From Phaeosaccion multiseriatum (Eukaryota > Protista > Ochrophyta, other classes): a stretch of 64,000 nucleotides of DNA. How positions within the stretch are numbered: the first letter of the stretch is position 1; every line of letters starts with the position of its first letter. The translations under genes and the position numbers were made by a program. Positions 1 to 9,848 of this stretch are shown here, piece after piece. The notes beneath the pieces are model-generated. The model made no database searches. It was not told the DNA's origin and saw only the letters and a list, made by a program, of their open reading frames with translations. Location: contig OZ218954.1 in the NCBI GenBank assembly GCA_965112735.1, forward strand, positions 3,906,001-3,970,000, given 5' to 3'.

Positions 1-1656
1 GGCGCCGAGAAAGACGCCGCAGTAGCAGCGGCGGGCGGTGATTCAACAGCAGCAGCGGCCGATGGCAACGCTCAGAGCACCACCGAAGAGAAGGGCAAGG
101 CCCCGGGAGGGAAGGACACCGCAGCAGCTGCAGCAGTTGGTGATACAGCAGCAGCAGCGGCAGCAGCGGCGGGTGCCGACGAGTCTGTATCACCAACTGC
201 CGCGGATCCCCCCCTGCCCCACGGCCAGCGCTTGTTGCTCTGCTCTGGTGAGCTGTACGTGGTGCAGCGCCTCTTTGGGCTGCTTGTGGAGCGCCTCGGT
301 CGCGCTGCTTACCTGTGCGACGAACTTGCGATGGACGAGGCGAGGAGGGTCAGCGAGTCCAAGGGAGACGCAGGAGGAGACGCAAGCGCCGCGGCAAAGA
401 AAGCGGCAAAAGCAGCGGCAGTTGGTGATACAGCGGCCGCGGCCGGTGGCGAGGCGGCGACTGCTACTGCTGGAGGAGCTCTGAACGGACACGCGGAGGC
501 TGCGGAGAAGGGCGGCAAAGGAGGCGCCCCTGAGGGAGGCAGTGCCGCTGCTGAAGGGAAGGAGGAAGACGCGGCAGGTGCGGCAGTTGGTGCTACCGAC
601 AAGGCCGAGCTTCCCTACGAGTGCTTCCTGGCGCTGCTGTATGGCTGGATCAGCGGCTCGGTGTCCACAGAGAGGTACGAGGAGGGCTCGCGGCAGCTCA
701 TGGGTAACCAGGGCTACGTGTGCTTCACCATGGACGCCGTTGTCGCCAACCTGTTGAAGAACGCGCATGTGGCGGCGGAGAGTGAGGTTTCGGGGGCCCT
801 TGTGCAGCTGTATCGGTACCACGCTGCGCAGAATCGGGACGGAATGCGCCCCAAGCAGTACCTCAAGGAATGCAAGGAGCTTCTCAAGGGCAGGGAGGGG
901 GAGGGGCTGGAGATGTTCCGAGTGCAAATTTACCCGGGGGGGGATCCCGGGGGGGCAGTCAAGGAGGAGGCGAAGGAGGGGAAAGCGAAGGAAGCGAAGA
1001 TGCTCGTGGAGGTGTTGGGCGATCTGTGGAAGGAGGAGAAGGAGGAGAAGGAGGCAGAGGCAAAGGAGAAGGAGGAGGAGGCCAAGGAGGAGGAGGAGGG
1101 CGAGGAGGAGGGCGAAAAGGCGAAGAAGGTCAAGGAGGAGGAAGAGGGACATGGAGCCGGCGAGGGGGAGGAGGAGGGCGAGGAGCACAAGGCCAACAAG
1201 GCGGCGGAGGAGGAAGAGAGTAGTAGCAAGCAGCGCGACAGTGCGGAGGCGGAGGGGACGGCAGCAGACGGCGATGCTATGGACACCGCTGGGGATGGGC
1301 CAGCGGGCGAGGGTGCTGAGGAGGGGGGCGACGTAGACACCGCAGAGGCGGCAGAGGCCACCTCAGAAGGTGCAGCAGCAGCAGCAGCAGGGGGCGGGGG
1401 AGGGAGCAAGAGTCGGAAGCGGCCCATGAGCGCAAGCGGAGGAGACTCTGACGGGCGGGCAGGGGCAGGCGGGGCAGCAGCAGATGAGGCCGCGGGGGAG
1501 AAGGAGGGAGGCGCCTCGGGCTCGGGGACAGCAGGGACGGGTGCTGAGGAGGAGGCGGGGGGGGCAGCAGCGGGCACGGCAGGGGGTGATGCAGAGGATG
1601 CCGGAGAGGGCGAGGGGGAAGAGGGCGGAGAGCCGGCCAAGAAGAAGAGACGGTGA
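1..1656 (+). CDS. SIN3: 3' terminal exon of a Sin3-like paired amphipathic helix transcriptional corepressor (Sin3 C-terminal domain plus acidic tail); 5' end outside the window
   Basis: Frame 1 is open from base 1 to TGA at 1654-1656. Motifs LYVVQRLFGLLVERL and YECFLALLYGWISGSVSTERYEEGSRQLMGNQGYVCFTMDAVV match the Sin3 C-terminal domain pattern. Ends in an NLS-like PAKKKRR. Confidence 0.8.
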   Translation, partial: GAEKDAAVAAAGGDSTAAAADGNAQSTTEEKGKAPGGKDTAAAAAVGDTAAAAAAAAGADESVSPTAADPPLPHGQRLLLCSGELYVVQRLFGLLVERLGRAAYLCDELAMDEARRVSESKGDAGGDASAAAKKAAKAAAVGDTAAAAGGEAATATAGGALNGHAEAAEKGGKGGAPEGGSAAAEGKEEDAAGAAVGATDKAELPYECFLALLYGWISGSVSTERYEEGSRQLMGNQGYVCFTMDAVVANLLKNAHVAAESEVSGALVQLYRYHAAQNRDGMRPKQYLKECKELLKGREGEGLEMFRVQIYPGGDPGGAVKEEAKEGKAKEAKMLVEVLGDLWKEEKEEKEAEAKEKEEEAKEEEEGEEEGEKAKKVKEEEEGHGAGEGEEEGEEHKANKAAEEEESSSKQRDSAEAEGTAADGDAMDTAGDGPAGEGAEEGGDVDTAEAAEATSEGAAAAAAGGGGGSKSRKRPMSASGGDSDGRAGAGGAAADEAAGEKEGGASGSGTAGTGAEEEAGGAAAGTAGGDAEDAGEGEGEEGGEPAKKKRR

Positions 1657-2394
1657 TGGGATGTTGCATTGGCATGCATGCATGCATGCATGCCACAGTT
1701 TGCAATACATGCAGCTGTTGGTGATATACCTGCAGCAATACAATACTGCACACCGCGTATAGTTCTATTGGGGGTTGCGGTATCATGGGCAGGCGTGTAG
1801 GCCGGATGGGATGGGATACATGCAGACCGCGTTCCATAGACCCACAGAATGCAGTTCTATAGACCCACAGAATGCAGCGAGCAGCAGAGGCGGTGCGTTC
1901 CACCTCTCAGTAACACAAACAGTGCGATGAGCGCACAGACAGACAGACAGAGGTAGGAAGTACTTGCACACAGTGCACAGGTCTCACGTGGAGCGAAGGG
2001 CATGTGCTGCTGACGCGCAAGGGAGCGCGTTGGGGGACGGAGGGGAGGGGGGAGGGGTCCGCGCTGGGGTAACTCGCACGGACGGGATACGGTAGCAGCT
2101 AGATGGAATAAAAGGTTCAATTGATTGTCTTAACTCGCCATCACGGCCTGACCTGAGTAGCACCCACTGCAATCAAGAGGAAGGTCCTTTGCAGGTGTCA
2201 CTTTTTACATCCCGGGAGCATGAACCACTCCCCACAGGACCTGCGGGGGGGATCTGATAAGCTGCGACACTTCCCCACGCCCCGCCCGTCTCAATGAGTT
2301 CTCTTCTCTCTTTGCTGCTCGGCCGGGGATGCTGGAAGCCGTGTTTACCCGCCTTGCAACACCCTCGTCAAGTGAAACTCCACTCAGCTTCCAA

Positions 2395-2552
2395 ACGCGG
2401 AGGCTGCGGAGAAGGGCGGCAAAGGAGGCGCCCCTGAGGGAGGCAGTGCCGCTGCTGTGAAGGGAAGGACAGAAAGACGACGCAGCAGGTACGGCAGTTG
2501 GTGCTACGGACAAGGCCGAGCTTCCCTACGAGTGCTTCCTGGCGCTGCTGTA
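2395..2552 (+). pseudogene. Degenerate duplicated fragment of the Sin3 exon (copy of 491-641)
   Basis: acgcggaggctgcggagaagggcggcaaagg...gagtgcttcctggcgctgctgta matches 491-641 with small indels and substitutions. Confidence 0.9.
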
Positions 2553-2716
2553 GTGTCAACTCTTGTATTTCATGTATCGACATTGTACCTCGATCTTGTG
2601 CGTCGATACAGTGCCCGGTCACAAATGTCTAATTAAGTGACGCCATCGTGCGAAGGGACCAAATGTTTTCATTCGTGGTCTACAGTACACCGTGGTCAAC
2701 GCGGGTTCAAAACGTG

Positions 2717-5700
2717 TCAAGATTCAGGGACCGTTTCGGAAGATTCAGGGGCCGCTGACGTAGGGCTGCACAACATACTGCAGAAGGCGGCGCGGATGCT
2801 GTCGATCGTGTCTGACCTCTTGACGGAGTCTATCGAAGCATCAAGAGCTGCGGGTAGCAAAATCAAGCACTCGTTTGAGTATAGATTGAAGCTGCAGAGC
2901 AAACGATACTCAACAGCGAACACCCACGGCATCCATGCGCGCCATCCTGTCGGCTTCTTCTCCTGTATCACATGCACCTGACGCAACAAACATCGAACAT
3001 GAGTGGAAGAGCGGTTTCATGTACGATTGTAGGGACGATACTGATCGAAGCCCAAGCACGAAAACACTTGCAGGATGCCCCGGGTGCGGCTACGGCTACC
3101 CAGCTAAGCTCATGTCTTCGAACATTCGCTACTTGCTTCTTGTGCCATTCAGAGCATTCGAGGCAAGAATACATGTGCTGGGAGGCTGGGTACTTCGGCT
3201 GAAAACGCCCCATAAGTGTCACAGTCAGGGTCAGGGCGGGGTCGCGATAGGTTGGGTTGGGTTGCTTAGGTCAGGGTCACGGTTGGGTCAGGGCACGGTT
3301 AGGGTCAGGGTCACGGTTAGGGTCAGGATATGAGATGACAAGATCTTACCATGTTTGACGTATCTTTGTCGGGATGTAAACTGGTCGTACCGCCTTTATT
3401 CGGCTCGCTTGATTTTAAGACGCAACAACCAGCTTTGGACAGTGAATCCCACGTTCTTGCATACTTCCAATTCCCGTGGACCGCCAGCCCTACCCCTTTA
3501 AGCTTGGCCGACCCGTCCACCCCAGATGAATTCGTCTGAGTGGTCTGCACTGTTGGCCGCTCCGAAAAGAACGCCGCATCTTCCTACTCAGCAACATTTG
3601 CAGTCGGAGTGTTAGCAAAGATTCAAAGACTCAGGGGAATTGATGGCAACTATACTACTGGCTGACTTACCCCCGATACGTTGCCCAGCCAAATTTGATC
3701 CTTGTACTCCGTCACCGTGTGCCCCAATATGTTGGTGGCTTTGCTGCCGAACCAGACCTTACTCTTTCCTTTAAAGAAATATTGTTCTTTGTCAATCGCC
3801 TCAGCGACTGCAACTGCGCAAAAATGGGGTACGCCCACCACAGCCAGCATCATCCATGTAGGCTCGTCCTCCTCGGCTTCCAATTGAGCAAAGCTTACGT
3901 CGATGGTACAGCTGTCATCACATGGTGTCCAAGACTGTGTCTCCTCTCCCTCCGACATGAAGGCCGCAAACCGCTTTCCTCTTCCAAACATATCGCCCTC
4001 GTCCTCCTCTATTTCCTTCTTCAGTTCATCATTGGTAACCATCAGAGGAAAACAAAGCTTTGCGGTAGGCTCAAAGACGATCCCAGAAGGGCCGCTCACT
4101 GCGGTTGAAACCAGCCACTGCATATCGGGGTGCTCCTCGTCGAATGCCAAACCCAGCTTGAAGTCTGCCGAGAAGCTACGCTCGTCAATTATGTCGGTCG
4201 TGGAGCCCTCCTCCGTGTTAATCCGAAGGAAGTCGCATGCATTCGAAGTGTACGTGTACGGCCCGTTCCCTTCCCCCGAGCGTGTGAAGGATGACATGAT
4301 GGTCTTGGCTTCATTCATGGGTTCTTCTGTGCCTGAGAAGCAACAAGGGATTCAAAAATTGCCACAGGGTGAGGAGCTGTCATGTGCCTCATTGGCACAC
4401 ATCTGAGCAAGAAGGGATTTGGTGAGGCGCTTTTGGACCCTCATAAAGGAATGCATAAATCTAGACATCGGGTCCATGACCCACCACAGCCAAGTGCCAA
4501 GGCTGTCGCCTATGAGGCTGCACTGAGGCTGAGGACTAAAGTTGCTGCACCCCCACCACCCCGCCCTCCCATCATGCTCCCCACCCTCACCTTCAGCAAC
4601 GTCGGTCACGGTCTCCTCAATAGCCCTGGGGCTATAAACATACAAGGCAAGGAGAGTGACGAGAATGATTTTCAGAACTCGGGCCGTTATCACCAGCCAT
4701 GCCTCCTCCGTCGCTACTCAAGCTCACCTCTCTGGCTCCGATTCGGAGATGAACGTCTTCGCCGTGTTAGTACTGTCCGGGTCACGGTGTATGTCCCACA
4801 TGTCCGCCTCCCACTCACCAGTGAACTTGTTTCTACTAAAGACATCTATGGACAACTTTGTCCCTTTTCCGACCTGTGGCGGAACGCCCCCTGTAGATGG
4901 GAAGGAAGTCCTTAGGGCACACTAACATCAAGCCCAAGGAACGTGAGCGCGGACCACTTACCGGTGAACTGGTTGTCGGAGAGGTGCAGTAAATGAAGGT
5001 TCCGCAGACCTCCAAGCTCGGCTGGAATGGTCCCTGCGGATGGGAGGAAAGTTCTTTGGTCACACAAACATGAAGTCAAAGGGACGCGAACGGGTACGCG
5101 TACCACTTACCAGTGAGAATGTTGTTGTGGAGGAGCAAATGCCGAAGCTTCTCCAGACTTTCAAGCTCCCTTGGAATGCTCCCTGCGGTGAGGGAAGTTC
5201 TTTGTCATACGACTATCAAGCGAAAGTTACGCGAACGGGTGTGCGTACCACTTACCAGTGAGCTTGTTGTCGGATAGGTTCAAAACCTCAAGCTTCTCCA
5301 GACTGCCAAGCTCCGATGGAATGCTCCCTGCGGAGCCGAGGGAAATTCTTTGGTCACACAAAATATCAGGTGGAAGGGACGCGAACGGGTGTGCGTACCA
5401 CCTACCTACAAGGTCCTGACGCGAAAAATCGAGCTTGGTCAGATGGGTCTGGGTGTTGATGTCTTCAGGGAGACTGAGGCTGTTACCACGGAACCTGTAA
5501 TCCGTGATGTTGATCCCCAATCGCCCGATGAGGGCAGCGGGAATAGGACCTGTGTATCGGAGGGAACATGTTGGGTTATACACAAATCTAGAGTGAAAGG
5601 GACGCGAACGGGTACGCGTACCACTTACCAGTGAGAATGTTGTTGTGGAGGAGCAAACGCTTAAGCTTCAGACTTCCAAGCTCGGGTGGAATGCTCCCTG

Positions 5701-7676
5701 CGGGGCGGAGGGAAGTTCTTTGTCATACGACTATCAAGCGAAAGCGAGGCGAACGGGTGTGCGTACCACTTACCGCTGAGCTTGTTGTCGGAGAGGCTCA
5801 AAGCCTTAAGCTTCTCCAGACTTCCAAGCTCTGGTGGAATGCTCCCTGCGGGGCGGAGGGAAGTTCTTTGTCATGCAACTATCAAGCGAAAATACGCACG
5901 CGGGTACGCGTACTACCTACATTCTAGATTGTTGTGGTCGAGCCGTAGTACTTTAAGGTTTGCAAGCTGTCTTAGTTGCGGCGGAATACTCCCTGAGGTG
6001 TGGGGAAAGTTCTTCAGCCATACGAATATCAAGTCAAGAGGACGTGACCGGGTGTGCGTACCACTCACCAGTGAGCATATTGTTGTTCAAAAACAGTCTC
6101 TTAAGGTTCTGAAGACCTGCAAGCTCGGGTGGAATGCTCCCTGCGGATGGGAGGAAAGTTCTTTAGTTCATGCTCATATCAAGTTAAAGGGACGCGAACG
6201 GGTTCGCGTACTACCTACCTTCTAGATTGTTCTCGTCGAGCAGTAGTTCTTGAAGGTTTGAAAGCTTTGCAAGTTGCGGCGGAATACTCCCTGAGATGGG
6301 GGGAAAGTTCTTCAGCCATACGAATATCAAGTCAAGAGGACGTGAACGGGTATACGTACCACCTACCTACAAGGTCCTGACGGGACAAAGCGAGCTTGGT
6401 CAGATGGGTCTGGGTGTTGATGTCTTCAGGGAGAGTGAGGCTGTTATCACAGAAATAGTAACGCGTGATTGTGATCCCCAATCGCCCGATGAGGGCAGCG
6501 GGAATAGGACCTGTGTATCGGAGGGAGGTTCTTCGGTCATACACAAGATCTAGAGTGAAAGGGACGCGAACGGGGTTCGCGTACCACTTACCAGTGAGCT
6601 TGTTGTCGGATAGGTTTAAAACCTCCAGCTTCTCCAAACTTCCAAGCTCCCTTGGAATAATCCCTGCGGAGCGGAGGGAAGTTCTTTGTCACACGACTAG
6701 CAAGCGAGACGGACGCGAACAGGTACGCGTACCACTTACCAGTGAGCTTGTTTAAGGCGAGGCTCAAAACCTCAAGCTTCTCCAAACTTCCAAGCTCCCT
6801 TGGAATGCTCCCTGCGGAGTGGAGGAGAGTTCTTTGGTCATACTCATATCAAGCGAAAGGGACGCGAACGGGAACGCATACCACCTACCTTCTAGATTGT
6901 CTGAGGCGAGCCATAGTTTTTGAAGGTTTGACAGCTGTCCAAGTTGCGGTGGAATGCTCCCTGAGATGGGGAAAGTTCTTCAGCCATACTAATATCAAGT
7001 CAAGGGGACGCGAACGGGTGTGCGTACCACCCACCTTCTAGATTGTTCCATGCGAGCTGCAGATCTTGAAGGTTTGAAAGCTCTCCAAGTTGCGGCGGAA
7101 TGCTCCCTGAGATGTGGGGAAAGTTCTTCAGCCATACTCATATCAAGTCAAGAGGACGCGACCAGGTACGCGTACCACTTACCAGTGAGCTTGTTTAAGG
7201 CGAGGCTCAAAACCTCAAGCTTCTCCAAACTTCCAAGCTCCCTTGGAATGCTCCCTGCGGATCGGAGGGAAGTTCTTTGTCACACGACTATCAAGCCAAA
7301 GGGACGGCAACTCCGCTTCTTTCTGGGCCACTTCCCCATCGATGAGGTTGTTCCTTTCATCTCTAAGTCCATGATTCGCCACGCCACAGTACCTATCTGA
7401 AGGCACAGGGTTCGTGCAACACGCGCGCTACGCGCAAGGGTGGGGGACCAATCTTCACCCCAGCCCCAACCTCCACGGGACCTTCTTACCTTCGAGTCCG
7501 TTCCGAGGCAGCTCGAGACGCACCACATACCCTTTCTCGTCTACGGTCACTCCATGCCACTGGTCCAAAGGTTGTTCGGTGTTCCATCCCCCGCTTTCAT
7601 TCCACCCGTCTCCGTTTGTGGCCAAGAAGAAGACCCTAAGTACTGCACGCTGCTGCGTCTCTACTTCCTCCATCAC
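2717..7676 (-). CDS. Multi-exon LRR protein: N-cap exon, 16 LRR cassette exons, ZU5-like domain with HFC motif, unknown C-terminal domain
   Basis: Exon 7676-7490 (RAVLRVFFLATNGDGWNESGGWNTEQPLDQWHGVTVDEKGYVVRLELPRNGLEG) is a typical stramenopile LRR N-cap. AG/GT-bounded phase-1 LRR exons: 7254-7183, 7106-7035, 6960-6889, 6811-6740, 6663-6592, 6510-6367 (144 bp), 6290-6219, 6140-6069, 5992-5921, 5845-5774, 5697-5629 (69 bp), 5549-5406 (144 bp), 5327-5256, 5182-5111, 5033-4962, 4890-~4728. Consensus GSIPxELGxLxxLxxLxLxxNxLTG. Frame continues through ~4630-4590, 4332-3671, ~3583-3350, ~3198-3130 and 2978-2717; the 3' exons are less certain. Confidence 0.8.
3224..3327 (+). repeat. Degenerate telomere-like hexamer array (GGTCAG/GGTTAG/GGTCAC) inside an intron
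   Basis: gtcagggtcagggc...ggttagggtcagggtcacggttagggtcagg; a similar array sits at 19630-19672. Confidence 0.7.
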
Positions 7677-8918
7677 TCTTGCTGGTATGTATATGCGCGT
7701 CTTTGATCCTCAATAATTTATTCCGTCGTCGGATTCTAGGTGATGTCGTCTGTCGTCGGGTGTCTTCGATCTTCGATTTAAGGAGTGCAGCGCAGATGCT
7801 TCGTTATGGGCCTTCCCTGTGAGAGGCGGGGGGAGAAAGGGTAAGGCACCGGCTTTAACGATGGAGACGGAAGGAGAAGGGATACACCAGGGGCAGGTGC
7901 ATGGCATGGGGGGGGGGGGGAAAGGGATTGTACTGCTTGTACCCGCAGCATTTATTTAGAGACTTGTCAGCGAGTTCTCTCTTTGTCTGACGTCTTCCCT
8001 CCTTCCCCTTCCCCCCCGCCCTCAGATAAGCAGACGCTCTCTGCATGCCAGACGTCATGAGGGACTTCACGGACAATCAAGGTGACCACGGACACGCCCT
8101 TGACTAATGCACGTGCTTGTGATGGGTGGCAGGGCGCGCTGCCAGCGGCACAGCTCAGGCTCTTCGCATTCCTGCAGCTCTGATCGAGTGCGAGTGGTGG
8201 TTTTAAGGAGCGGCTCAGTTGCGGAGAGGACGGGAAGGAGGCTCTCTCTGATGGCATCGACCATCACCATCTCTTGCACGTATTCATCTTCCCCCACACC
8301 TCCTCTTACGCCTCTCCCTCCCTTCCTCCCCTCCCCTCTCCTCCCCTCCCCTCTCCCCCCCTCCCCTCCCCTCCTCCCCTCCCTCCCCTCCCGTCCCCTC
8401 ATCTCTCTCCCCTCTCCTCCCTCCCTCCCCTCCCCTCCCCTCCCTTCTCTTCCTTCCTCTTCACACCGATGAGAACAGTTCGACATCCGACAGAACGCCC
8501 CGGGGTGCAAGCAGCACCAGCTGTCCCTCCAAGAGAAAGTCTAGCTACTCCTGGGCACTGTGTCGTCAACCAAACCAACCCCCACCTCCACTACGTGGGT
8601 GGAGAGTGACCCTTCCTCCGCTGCTGTGACCAGCGCAAGCCCCTTGCTTCTAAGCATGTACATTGTCGCTCTCTTCTGTCCACGCGAGTACCGCCGTGAG
8701 GGCTTGCACATCACAGACATGCCCCCCCCCCGAGTTGGTGCGGCAGTGAGAGAGATACTCTGCAGCTCCAAACAACAGCCAAGGTGCGCTAAGTGGCGGT
8801 GGGGGTAGGAGTGGGGGTGGTGGTGGAGGAGGTGGAGATACGCTTACCACTCAAAGGTGAGGTCGTGGTCTGAGAGGTCTAGAGTCCCAAGGTTCTACAG
8901 CGCTCCCAGCGAGGCAGG

Positions 8919-9160
8919 GTGGAATGTTCCCTGGAATGTTCCCTGCCTGGAATGTTCCCTGCGGATGGGGGGGGGAGTTCTTTGGTCACCCGGATACCAA
9001 TTCAAAGGGACGCGAACGGGTTCGCGTAACCACTTACCTTTTAGATTGTTCTCGTCGAGCAGCAGTTCTTGAAGGTTTGAAAGCTGTCCAAGTTGCGGCG
9101 GAGTACTCAGGGGGGAACTCTTTAGCCATACAAATACCGAGCCAAGGGGACGCGAACGGG
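8919..9160 (-). pseudogene. Orphan LRR exon/intron units upstream of the LRR gene start
   Basis: 9108-9038 encodes STPPQLGQLSNLQELLLDENNLKG with an intact GTAAG donor but a damaged acceptor. It is flanked by the gggacgcgaacggg intron motif. 8919-8962 holds a triplicated exon start (ggaatgttccct x3). Confidence 0.8.
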
Positions 9161-9480
9161 TCGCTGGACTACCGCAGCTGACGATTGGCTGGCCAGCTGG
9201 TCGACCGATAGCAGATCAAGGCCGGCTGATGTCGGTGGTAACAGGTAGCACGTTGGCGAACGCCGGCGGTAGCAGGTAGCACGTTGGCTGACACCGGTGG
9301 TAGCAGGTAGCAGGTAGCATGCCAGAGGGAAAAAAAAGAGAGTCGATTAGCCACTGCAGTTGGTCTGACCACCAGACGTGATTGAGCTAGCCTCCTAGTC
9401 CATTTCTGGTGTCAGCCGGCGCGATATGGACCAGCCATGGCCAGCAGCGTCAGCCGGCATGCTATCAGCCAGCTATATGC
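9161..9480. mobile_element. Possible transposon-end remnant with short internal repeats
   Basis: Repeated ggtagcaggtagcacgttggc and many ggccagc/gctggc palindromic words. Begins exactly where the LRR intron motif is cut off. Confidence 0.3.
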
Positions 9481-9848
9481 GTGTCAATAGCGCATCAGGG
9501 ATCGACCGGAGAGGCTGGCGCGAAGTGAGATTTGTATTCGGAGCGCCTCACGCACCGATGAAACTGGCGCTGACTACCATGTAGCTGTACAGGCAGCTGT
9601 AGAGAGGGTCCTTCTTAGCCTGAGGAGAGTGTATGCACACTTCATGTGCGCACGTGTCAAGGGCAGGCTCTGCTGAGGAGCCGTCGCCCTCTGCCCGCAC
9701 ACTTTCACACTCCTTTGAGAGTAGTGTAGCCACAGGAATTAGTACATCATGGGTCTGTGAGCTAGTCTTCATGTAAGATACAAAACATCTCTAAAAAGCC
9801 TCTCAACCCTCCTACCCCTCTCTGCCCTTCCTTCCTTCCTTCCTTCCT

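Noticed and set aside
2717-4332. LRR-ROCO or LRR-kinase assignment
   Set aside because: No P-loop GxxxxGKT, COR or kinase motifs downstream of the LRRs.
4819-7254. CRISPR-like pattern of a conserved ~30-bp palindromic repeat with variable spacers
   Set aside because: The spacers are AG/GT-bounded exons encoding related LRRs; eukaryotic context and no cas genes.
7300-7400. Possible extra exon between the N-cap and the first LRR exon
   Set aside because: Not LRR-like, and the donor-equivalent reads ggaagtgg rather than GT; left unannotated.
7900-8850. Short minus-strand ORFs upstream of the LRR gene
   Set aside because: No recognisable domain or consistent splice model; possibly decayed gene or TE sequence.
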